Assembly: GCF_018977255.1 (NCBI RefSeq)
Contig: NW_024704749.1
Span: 10,106,001 to 10,170,000, forward strand
Direction of reading: 5' to 3'
Origin: Callorhinchus milii
Lineage: Eukaryota
DNA: 64,000 bases
The position numbers and the translations under genes were made by a program. The notes under the pieces are model-generated. The model had not been told where the DNA came from. It was given only the letters and a program-made list of their open reading frames with translations, and searched no databases. Positions 13,049-24,000 of the stretch are shown here, piece by piece; position 1 is the first letter of the stretch, and each line of letters starts with the position of its first letter.

Positions 13049-13984
13049 CTTCACACGTCTTCAAAACCTTTAAAATAAAACACGAAATGAAGAATTTGTC
13101 TTTTGAATGTCGATGTAGGTAAGGGTGTAAGCCTCTACCACACTGCACAGTAATCCCCGCAGTAATAAATCATGGGAAAGGTATGGGTTGAGCTCATCAG
13201 ACACTACTATCAGGGCTACTGTCAGCTGCCACTAAGGGAAGTTCAATGTCTGCAAACTCAACAGGCCCTGTTGGCACTATTCCAAGAACACTGACTCTAG
13301 TATATTGAATGTATACTGCAGTTTATATTCCTGGATCCTCTCAAACACTCAATACTGACACAAGCTGACTAAGCACTGCCCTTTAACAAAGGGCCAGAAG
13401 AGGGGCGAGGAATAATTTAGCCAATGTCCTTACTCTGATCTATTGATCCCCACTGGAAAGTGGATGGCAGGTACGGATAATGATTGGTAGCTCATAGTGA
13501 ATGAGTGTGATATCAGTAAATACAAAATTATATTTGTATTGCGCCTTTCACATCGGGAAGATGTCCCAAGTAAAGGGTTACAGGTGTGAGGAACAAGTAA
13601 CTATAAAGGGTTTCAAGGGAAATTAAACAAGTATTTATAAAGTAAAATGATTCAGGCTTATTGGATGATAAGATGGATGTGCCCTTAAAATATTTTGAAG
13701 TTTAGATCGGTAGCTAGGTGCCTGACAAAATGACTCTGTTACTCTGCAGCAACAGTCAATGGAAGGGAAAATTGGAGGGGGGTGGGTGGGGGGACTTGCA
13801 TTTTAAAAACATTGCTGAGAACAGTGGAACCCACTTGGTTCAGTCTAGTTTGCTACCACATTAAGAGGTTCCTATCTGATTCTAAACCGACCGGTGAAAC
13901 AGAAAAATGTGGAGCTTCAGGTTAGAAAGTTCAACTGGGACGTGCTGCATTCTCAGCAGCGGTTCTGATTACAGGAAGTTGGTA

Positions 13985-14290
13985 AGTGTCAGTTTGGCTC
14001 CATTGGTAGCACTCTCATCTCCAAGACTAAAGGTTGAATTCAATCCCCACTTTGAGACTTTAAACTCAGTGAGGGCCAATTCTCCAATGTAGTGCTGGGG
14101 AACACAACTTTCTCAAAGGAACCATCCGTCGGATTGATAATTGACTTAATGGCCATTTCTGGGACCTTGCTGTTCTCAGAGTGGCTGCCACATTTGACAT
14201 CAAAAACTACAATTGACAGTAATTCCCTATCAAGTGCTTTTGAGACATTTTGACATTATAGGTGTGATATCCAATGCAAGTTATTATAAT
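13985..14290 (+). mobile_element. Old tRNA-derived DeuSINE-like element (degenerate)
   Basis: TTGGCTCCATTGGTAGCACTCT head, B-box-like GTTGAATTC, and 3' tail AAGTGCTTTTGAGAC...ATGCAAG. Confidence 0.55.
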
Positions 14291-14934
14291 TCCTCTTATT
14301 GTTACTTGGAAGGGAAATTATCTTTGCATAAAGTAAAATAGAAGAAACCGAAACTAGAGCAACTGGTTTGTGCCAATGTTTGTACTCCACACAAGCTCAC
14401 TTAATGTATAACCAGACAGCCAAACTGCCTGGTTCCATGCCATAACATTTGATGCAATTCTATATTAAAATGTACAGGTTTATAAATATCCCTTTTGCAG
14501 GCCTCTTCGGTTCAGCCCTACTTTTGAACCAATTGCTACCAATACAATGGGTCTATTTTAATGACCAATCTCACAAAGTTCTTACTTTTTCTAATAATTA
14601 TGTGGCAGACTTTCAAGAGTGTATTCAATATGACAACAAGGAACAGTGATAAAATCTACAGTGAAGGAATCCCTTTAGCCAGGTTCCTACTCCACTGTTC
14701 AGCAGCTGAACAGAAAAAACACAAATTGGTTATATAATTAGGATTTTTTAAACATAAAATTCATGAGAAGCTTCAACACGAACATTTTTCAGCTGAAACA
14801 TAGTAACTACTGGGAGCAAGGCAGCAATCTCACAAACAACCCATACAATTAGACACGGCAAAGCTTCCTTTTTATACAGTTCTCCATCAGTTTCACTCCT
14901 CCCCTCCCGAATGTAAAAGGCAACGATTGTGTAT

Positions 14935-15301
14935 TGTGGAGTCCCGTAGCGTGGTGGTTAGCGTGCTTGCCCGACAAGCGAGAGGACCCGAGTTCGATTC
15001 CCGGGCAGGACGAAACCTTAGGCAACTTTCCTTACTCCACACTCCTCTGTTTAACCAGCAGTAAGTAAGTAGGAACCCGGTCGTCAAGTCGACTGCTTGG
15101 GAAATGGCTTTCCTGGGGTACCAAACCCTCAGCGCCGAGAGACNAAAAAAATTGGTAACTCAACCCGCGGCCGCGCACAAATCGACTGCCGCGTTTCGCC
15201 CGCAAGGTACGGACGGGGCGGTCAGGACGCAGCCCGGGGAGGCGCTTGGAGACATCTCGAGGCCGCGACCGGGCGCCGGGTCAAATGCAAGGGCTGTTGT
15301 T
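14935..15301 (+). mobile_element. Full-length tRNA-derived SINE with GC-shifted 3' half
   Basis: A box TAGCGTGGTGG, B box GTTCGATTCC, central module CTCTGTTTAACCAGCAGTAAG, tail TCAAATGCAAGGGCTGTTGTT. Confidence 0.85.
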
Positions 15302-15317
15302 ACGGACGGAAAGGTTT

Positions 15318-15356
<39 letters not shown>

Positions 15357-15643
15357 CGGAAAAAAAGTTTCCGGGTGGGGGGGGGGGGGGGGGGGGAAGA
15401 GAGAGGATTTAAAAACAAGTGGCTGCTCCACCCATGATGTCATGGGCTGACCCCGATTAAAAGGGGTCGCCATTGACATCACGTTAAAGCAACATCCACT
15501 GGACAAAGAGGTGGTTTGGGGAGGGGGGAGAGAGAGAGAGAGGGAGAGAGAGAGGGGGGGTTTGCGACGTTTATGGAGTGAGGCGTTCACCAAATTAAAA
15601 CCGTGTTAAGATTCCTCGAAAAGGGCTGAGGCAGAGTTTTGAG

Positions 15644-15675
<32 letters not shown>

Positions 15676-16302
15676 AGGTGGTGGGAGGAGGAGGGTTTCG
15701 CTTTCACTTTCAACCGGGCCCGTGACTGACATTTCCCGAAGGGGGGGGGGGAGAGGGAGGGGGGGAGAAGAAACCGGGAGGGAAGGAAAGCCCCCACTCA
15801 CGGGAGGGAAGGGGGAGGGAGTGAGTGAGGGAGTGAGAGAGTGAGGGAAAGAGAGAGAGAGGAGGGAGAGAGCGCTAATTTTTTTGTGGTTTAAACCGGA
15901 GTGAAGGTTTTTGTTTTGTGGTCGTCGCGGTCGGTGTTGATTTTTTTTTGAAAAAAAAACCGCCTCTCGGTGTGGGCTCCAAAGAACGGCGCGAGAGGCC
16001 CCGGAGGGAGGGAGGGCGGGAGGGAGGGCGCGCGCGCGCGACCGCCCCCCAACTGTCACCCGTCCCGACTCCCCTCACCCTCCTCACCGTCGTCGTCGTC
16101 GTCTTTATTTTTCTCCTTCTTCTTCTTCTTCTCCCCCTCCCCTTTTTCCCGGGCGATCGACGACGACGAGGAGGAAGAGGGTGGGGACGGGGGGGGGGGG
16201 GAATGGTAACCGTCTGCGCGGTGGGTGACGAGACGCCGAACAGAGAGAGCAAGACGACCGCCCCCTCCCCCCACCACCACCACCGGCTCCGTGTTTACTC
16301 AC

Positions 16303-16330
16303 CTCAGCAACGCCGCGCCGGAAGTGCCCT
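16303..16330 (-). other. TRAFD1: Probable non-coding first exon of TRAFD1
   Basis: Strong donor GAG|gtgagt at 16303/16302 directly downstream of ETS and CCAAT motifs; the 5' end is approximate. Confidence 0.6.
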
Positions 16331-16491
16331 CCCACCTCCTCCCGCCCATTGGCCCCGTCCCCCTTCGTCATTTCCCGTCCCGCGTTGGTTGTTGGACACG
16401 TCAATCAAACTGCGGAGCCGGCCCCTCCCCCCTCCTCCCCCCCCCACTCCTCTCACCCACTAAACTAACCCAGTCACCACTTCGACAGTCA

Positions 16492-16820
16492 AATAATAAT
16501 AATAATAATAATCCTTGCATTTGATATAGCGCTTTTCACGTCGGGAGGACGTCCCAAAGCGCTTCACAGAACACACTGTAAAGTGAATTGACTGTATATT
16601 TGTGGGCGAACGCGGCAGCCAATTGCGCACAGCAATGTCCCACAAACAGTCGTAGATTGAAAATGACCAATTTATTATTGTTGTGGTTTTGGAGGGATTA
16701 TTATTAGGCTCTGTGTGGAGTAAGGAAACTTGCCCGAGGTTTCGCCCTCTGCCTGGAATTGAACTCAGGTCTCTCGCTTGCAAAGCGAGTGCTCTAACCA
16801 CTGAATTACAGGACTCCACA
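16492..16820 (-). mobile_element. Young full-length tRNA-Ala-derived SINE (short-centre subtype)
   Basis: TGTGGAGTCCTGTAATTCAGTGGTTAGAGCACTCGCTTTGCAAGCGAG head; L2-type tail ending (ATT)n. Confidence 0.9.
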
Positions 16821-17034
16821 TCCCGTGAAGCACTTTGACATGGTCTTGGCCAATGTGTTACGGTGCTGCGATAATAATAATAATAATAATCATCATCCTT
16901 GTGTCTCGCAGATGATCTCAGGCGTTGCAGAAAAATGTAGCCACTGTGCGCTTTGTCGGCACTATCAAATGCGAGGATGACGATTTATTTATTATTATTA
17001 TTATTATTATAATTACGCTCAGTCAGGGTCAGAC

Positions 17035-17187
17035 TTCTAAAGGATCGAGGGATTAAGGGATAGGGGTGGGGCTAAGGCGGGCAGATGGAGTTAGGTTAGA
17101 AGATCGCCATGATCGTATCGAATGGCGGGGCCGGCTCGAAGGCCGAATGGCCTACTCCTGCTCCTAATTCCTATGCTCCTATGTTCA
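17035..17187 (+). mobile_element. CR1-type LINE 3' end
   Basis: GAATGGCCTACTCCTGCTCCTAATTCCTATGCTCCTATGTTC terminal repeats. Confidence 0.75.
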
Positions 17188-17278
17188 TCATTGTCAAGCA
17201 CTCCGGGGACCCTACCCCACTCCCCCGACCCGCCGCGTGGAGGGCGCTATACAAATGCAAATTGTTGTTGTGTCACTT

Positions 17279-17582
17279 AGCGCTTCGCACAATATACTGT
17301 AAAGTGAATTGACTGAATAGTCTGTGAGCGAAACACGGCGTCCAATTGCGCTCAGCAGTGTCCCACAGGCAGTCGTGGATTGAGGGATCGCATTTTTTTT
17401 AAAAAGGGATTATTATCCCAAGAAACCGATCCGCCAATCGACCTAACAACCTGGTTCCTACTTACTGCTCGGTCAACAGAGGTGCGTGGAGCAAGGAAAT
17501 TTGCCTAAGGTTTTGTTTCACCCTCGAAACCGGGTCCCCTTGCTTGACGAGGCGAGTGCGCTGACCACCGCGCTACAGGGGC
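17279..17582 (-). mobile_element. tRNA-derived SINE (long-centre subtype)
   Basis: Reverse complement of the SINE head and the CAGTAAGTAGGAACC module. Confidence 0.8.
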
Positions 17583-18030
17583 GTAGTATTATTACTGTTA
17601 TGATGATTGCTTTTTTTTTTGTCCAGATGAGATTTGGACATTTTCCTTCTTTGATGTCTCTCCCTCCCCGTGTGCTGAACGCAACCCCTTACGAATACGA
17701 CCGCAACACTCATCCTCGCAATGTGAAATACAGCGGCCTCGGGGCCTTATCGCGTCTTCCAGGCGCCTCAAAGTGCTTCACGGAATACACCGTGAACCGA
17801 ACCGACTGCGCATGTCGTGGGGCCGAGTGAAGTGACTGTCCGCTTCGTGTCATAACCTTGACTGAGAGGATTAAAGCTGGGCAGCCGTGCGCATGCGCAC
17901 GCGGGGGGAGGGAGTGGGGGGGCGGACGGCTGGATGCGCGCGCAGACCGCCCCCTTCCTCCCTCCCCCCCCGCCCGCCCGCCCGCCACCCCGGTGGCTGT
18001 GCGCATGTGCAAACCAAGCGGAGCGCTATC

Positions 18031-18088
18031 ATGGCGGCGCGTAGCCATGTGCAGGACCCGAATGACAGGAGGCTGCGCCCCATCTACG
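18031..18088 (+). CDS. NAA25: NAA25 exon 1
   Basis: MAARSHVQDPNDRRLRPIY; donor gtaacg. Confidence 0.95.
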
Positions 18089-21000
18089 GTAACGGAGCCC
18101 CCCCTCCCCCCGCGGGCCCGCCGCGCAACCGCCGCCAGCGCGCCGCTCGCCCGCGCCCCGGCAGCCGGGGGCCCCGGGTTCGAGGCGGGCGGCCCCCGCT
18201 GCCCTCCCTCTCGCGCGCGCGCGGGCGGCTGACCCCCCCCCTCCCCCGACGCCTAGGCCGCGAGCGCAGCCTCGGGCTCGATTTACGCGCCGAGCCCGCG
18301 GCTGGCGGCTGGCGGCTCCGGGTCGGCGCTTCTGAATTGAATTGAGTTGAATTGCTCCGGTCTGGGTGATGAGATGAGGAGCGGCGCGGGGTCGGGGCAG
18401 ACAGGGTGCAATCACCGGTGGAGAATAAACTGGGTGGGTGGGTGGGGGGGGGGGGCAAGAGAAGCTCAGGGAGGGAGGGACGGAGGGAGGGAGTCTGCGG
18501 ATGGGCTTTGAGGCATCAGTCCCGTTTGTGACAAACATGTCGGAGATGTTGGAGCGGGAAGGGCTCTGCTCTCTCTCTCTCTCCTCTCTCCCCCCCTCCG
18601 TGTCCCTAATGCCGTCGCTTTTTGCCTCAAGAGTCCGCCGGGCCTCACAGGGCGGTTTAGCTGCTTCCCCCTCCCTCCCCTACCCTACCCCCCTACCCCC
18701 CCTCCCCGCAAAAAGGCACCGAGCAGCCTCAGCAGAGCCCTGCACCAGCTACTGGATGTTCACAGAAGGTCACACTTTGCGAGGAAGGAGTGTGAGGGAT
18801 CATTAAAATCCACATTCATTTTAGTCTTATTTGTCTTGGGGTCGGGGTGGGGGGGGGAGGTATCTTCAGTGCAAATAGTTCACCAACTTAAAGAGTCTTC
18901 TTCCGTGGCGGGGGGTGTGGCTGGTGTTCTCTTGGCCGTTTAGGTTTGCCAGACAACAAAATAACTTGAGCTTTTTTTTTATTTGTAACGTACTAATTCA
19001 TCGGTTCGTGTGCGCGGGGGATGTTTGTGGTGATGTTATGTACCCCCTGTCGCTGCAGTTTATGGTCACCTTTTATGGTATGGTTTCAGGAATTTATGGA
19101 GAGTGCTTTAATACTTCCTTTTTAGTGGCTATTTTTGCAGAGTTTAGTTAGGTATGTCCGACCCAACAAGTATTTTATTTTTAAAAAAAAATATCGTGGC
19201 TGTTGATTAAAAGAGCTGAATTTAACTTCAACTATTGCCTTCATTTTTTCTGTTCTTCTCTCGGGAATCTTAATGAATACTGGATAAAACTTGCAGGTTT
19301 TTTTTTTCTTCCCTGAAGTTCACCAGTTAAATAAAATCACTGCAACTGTGAAACTAAACCATAGGCATCAGGGGGTTCCAGGTTTAACCCGGTTTCACCT
19401 GTTCTGTCTTTCTCCAACTCCACAAAATTGCTTCCTCCACCACTATCTCTCCCTTCAGGTTGCTGAAACCCTCACCCACACTTTAATTACGTTCAGGCTT
19501 GACAATGCTATCTCCCTGCTCGCCGTACTTCCCAACTCTTTCCCTCCACCTTATTCAGAATTTATTATTGAGTTCAAGATCCTTGTCCTCATCTTTAAAG
19601 CCCTCCACGGTCTTGCTCCATCCTACTCTGCAACCTATTACCAACCTGTCTCCTTCGGTCTGCAGGCCCTGGCCTGCTCCATGTCCCCTGACTGCCCGAG
19701 GTCCCCCGCCCTGCTTGCTCCACCATCGGCAGTCGGACCTTTCTGCACCCACCCTCTGGAACTCCATCCTGGAGCACCTCAACCTTATCCTCTATCTTGC
19801 ATCCTTTAAGGCCCATCTCAGGACCTTCCTTTTCGATCGTGCGTGGCTTCGGTCAGCCTCACACCTCTAATAATTCCTATTAAATTTCTTTTAGATCCCC
19901 AAGTCACTATCTTATACTTGTGTTCCCTGAGTTACAGACATCCCAACCAGCCCAAACAGTCTATTTATGTTAACATTGTCGAACCCTTTTATAATTTTAA
20001 ACACTTCTATTAGGTCCCTACTAAATGTCTCAGGAAATATACAGACAATCACTCCACAGTATATTTTCTGTGAAGTGCTTTGAGACGTCTCGAAGACATG
20101 ATAGAGCTCTATATCAAATGCAAGGGTTATTAGTCTATTATATGGTATATGATTCTTACACAGATCCCTGTGGAACACCTCTTTCCAGCCTGAGAAGATA
20201 TCCTTATCTCGTACCATTTGGATTCAGTTTCCTAACCATTCTTTAATCTGTTCAGATATCCCTCCCACAATTCCACCAGCCCCTATTGTATCCTGTCTTT
20301 AAACCCCACCTAAACACTTACCTATTCCAGCTCACCTATAGTCACCTCCCCCTTCCCCATTCCATTGCTCAGCCTTCGATCCTGTGATTGTGAAGCGTGC
20401 CGCGAACGTATCCAATTTGGGGGATCCTCTACAAATTCAAGCTGTTATTGCTCAATGTTTTCCAGAGAATGGGGGGAAATGGGTCTAAAAGCTCACCCAT
20501 CAAGGATCATAGCTGTAAATCACACTGTACGTATTGTACAACAGAATACCAGTCTGACCCCCAACCCTGGGTCTCGCAGTCAGCTGTGTCAAGCGACTAT
20601 GTCCTGATGTGAAAGCCCTACATAAATGCAAATCGTTGTTTAAGTAAGGCAATCGTATTGAGTTCACCATGCTCTTTCCTTTTTCCGATACTGTTCTGTA
20701 TTAGCAAAAGCCTGCCAATAGTGCTGCACTATAGCTGCAAAAACGTGGGCAACAGCTTTCTTTTAAACTTTATATGCCATTTCTTAAGAAGCGAAGGTGG
20801 GTAGCTGACCTACTACTCCATGGTTCTAAATTAGCTCTCGACTATGATGAGTGAATTAAATAGAATCAAAAAGGACATGGAACATTATAGCATAGAAACT
20901 AGCCCATGCTGGTGTTTATACTACACATGAGCCTCCTTCCTGCTAATCGCCTTCCCCATACCCCTTTCCTGCAAGACACTGCACTTTACAGTGTATTCTG

Positions 21001-24000
21001 TGAAGCGCTTTGGGATGTCCTACCAAAGTGAAAAGTGTTATATCCAATGTAAGGATTATTATTATTCCCTTCTTCCTCTTGTATGAATTTATCAATGGAC
21101 TAATGTTGCCAGGAGTGTAATCGTCCGATGGAACATTGAATGTATTTCTCATTTAACTCTTAGTTCCGGTCACTGCATCGTGCTAAAACATAACCAAGTT
21201 CGGCATCTGTAAGCTTTTTGCAAACCTGAGGTGGGCGGAAGGGAGTCAAAAATCTGCGTTTGTATTTGGTTCTGTGAGTGTGATTTTAGCTTGTTGGCAA
21301 AACTTGGTGTGATTTTACTGTGTAATAATGTCTGTCAGCTGCTGCTTCTGCAGCCTACTATTTCTGTCATCTCTTTGCTAACAATTTTGGTGCAGGATCT
21401 TCTTAAAGGGAACATTGACTGTTGCAGTGTTAGTGTATATTGTTTGTCCTACAGACCTTCAATTCCATGAGTTTCCACAGGGCATGTTCCTGTTATTTAT
21501 GCTGGTGTTGGGGGTGTGGAGTGGTGTACATAGTGGAGCTTAGATTATTTATGTGCTCACCATTGGGGAGGTCATCACATTTTAAAATATTTGACACTTC
21601 CTTGAAGTCGCTGACTCGAGTTGTCTGGGTGCCTGGAGCCCACCAATAACGTGGCCACTTTTGATGTGTGACCCTGGACATCAAGTGTCAACAGGCTGTT
21701 TAAAAGTTAGGGCGCACACTATAGCATTATTAGCTGCTCTCTCCCAGCGGTATTCCCTGAGCCGCGATCTGCCGTGTTACTTTCATACTGTACTTCCATT
21801 TCCCATAACAAAACAGAATGTCAGCCTGGTTCAGTGGTATCACTCTTGCCTTGGAGTCAGAAGGTTGTAAATTCAAACCCCGGGTCAGGACATTGAACTC
21901 ACATAGTCTGAGCTGAGACTCAATACAGTGCTGGGGTTGCACTACATTGTTGGAGATGCCATCCTTGGATGAGATATTAAACCGAGGTCCAGTCTGCCTG
22001 TTCAGGTGGAAGTTAAAGATCCCATGGCATTATTCAAATCCTCCAAATAAAATTGGTCACTCACTCCATGGCTGTTTGTGGGGCAATAGCTGTGCGTAAC
22101 TTGCTGCTATGATTCACCCGCAAATTAGTCAATGCACTTTACAGTATATCCCGTGAAGCGCTTTAAGACGCGATATTGACGTTATAGGATAGTATGTCAA
22201 ATGCAAGGCTTATAAAGGGTTATTATTATAAAATTGGTCATTCATTTTAAGGCAGTTCATGAAATATTGCTGGGGGTAAATTGGCTGTCATGTTTGCCTA
22301 CAAAATACGTATCACTGCACCTTACAGTAAATCCTGTGAAGGACTGAGATTTTATTTAATCAGATAAAATTATGGCACCTCTTGAATAAGAATTGCAAAC
22401 TTAAGTACATTGATGTTTCACATAAGATTTACAACTGGCAGGGAAGGTATTTATTACATCAATCTAGGGTGATTTCATATCCAGTTACTAGAAGTGAAAT
22501 AAGTAATCAACTGCATTGTACCACCCACTATCTTATCCTAGGCTCTTAAGAGTAGAGGTAGGAGAAGAAAGTTTGCACCTTTTCTTCACCGTGATAGCTG
22601 TGTAGTCAGGCCATATCTAAATAATGGTTGAGAAAATCGATCACTTGAAGCTATTAATTCAGAGAGGTTTGTGATGGAAGATGAATTTCCACCACTGATA
22701 ACTCGTTAATTTTATCCCTTACTGCTCTCTTGAAGCTATTAATTTCATGCTGTGAGATCAGTCACCCTTTGATAACTCACCCAATTTAGTATTATTCTGT
22801 GAAAGTGACAACAGACTGTTTTACCCCATTTTGAGGTGGTGGTGGGGTAGGGGAAATAAAGGTGTCAATAGGGATTGCAATCACACACACACAGTATGTA
22901 TGATATGTATGTAGAGACAAACGGGGGAGATAACACAGAAGTACTGAAAAGATGGTAATGACACAAAGAGAGGGAGAGATGGCACCGAGACCAAGACATA
23001 CATTCACAGAGAAACCGAAAGAGGGTCTTTGGCACATATAGGGGTAGTGGGAGAAAGAATGTCAAATAAAGAGGGAGAGGAAGAGAGACAGTGACATGCA
23101 GGAGAGAAAACTGATGGAAAGCGAGAAGTGAAACACTGACAGCAAAACAGATGACCGTAACACAAACAGAAAAACACTAATGAGAGGTTTGTGGGTCTGT
23201 GTGTGTGTTGGGGGGAAGGGCACAATAGAGAGAGGGAAAACAATGCAGCAATTGGCAGAAAGCGACTTTCCTGCAGCTTTTAAAATATTTTTTAACACAA
23301 TCCCTAAATCCTGGGATTCTCTTCTATAAATCCCGGGATTTCAGGAGCGCCATTATCGTATGGGATCGGGATTGCAACCCTGAGGTGTCAGTTGGTGCCA
23401 CTGCCTCAGTCAGGGGGTCGATGTCAGGACTTTGAGCTCATAATCTGTTCTAGGCTGACACTGCAGTGCAATGGCGCTCTGAGACGCTCTAATGTTGTTG
23501 CGTTGTTGGAGATGCTGTTCTTTGAATGAGATGTTAAACTGTGGTGCCATCTATCTCTTCAGGTAAACATTAAAGCCCCATTGGCATTTGAAGAGTTTCT
23601 CCTGGGATAACTGTGTGCTTATTAGATGCCTCATTTGCCTGCAGTTGAACAGTCAATACATTTTATAGATAAACTTTGTGATGCACATTCTTGTTTCAAC
23701 ATTATAAGGGGTTATATTTAATGCAAGGATTCTTATTATAACTCTCCTGACTGTCTCACAACAGATGCCCAAATTCCTGTTAAATCAGAATTTTCACAGT
23801 GGTCTATTTCAGACCATAAAATCGTAGAGCAGTTTCTAAGTAACCGGCAAAGCAGAAACTAAGTGGAGAAAGATGTATTCCAGTTGTGGGATCTTTGGAA
23901 GATTTTATACAGGAAGACCAAGAAAGAAACTGAATTGGATAGGGGAAAAGTCATTCATATTGTCTGTTGTAAAGACAATACATTCTCATTGTGTCAGTGT

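Larger units (their letters stand above)
15100..18720. promoter_or_regulatory. CpG island / divergent promoter region of TRAFD1 and NAA25
   Basis: Very high GC and CpG. TRAFD1 side: ETS motif CCGGAAGT 16318-16325 and ATTGG 16348-16352. NAA25 side: NRF1 palindrome TGCGCATGCGCA 17888-17899, a second NRF1-like site near 18000, GC boxes, and a YY1-like ATGGCGGC at the start codon. Confidence 0.85.

Noticed and set aside
15097-18806. Many overlapping Pro/Arg/Gly-rich ORFs
   Set aside because: Stop-codon scarcity in a CpG island with microsatellites; only 18031-18088 is supported as coding
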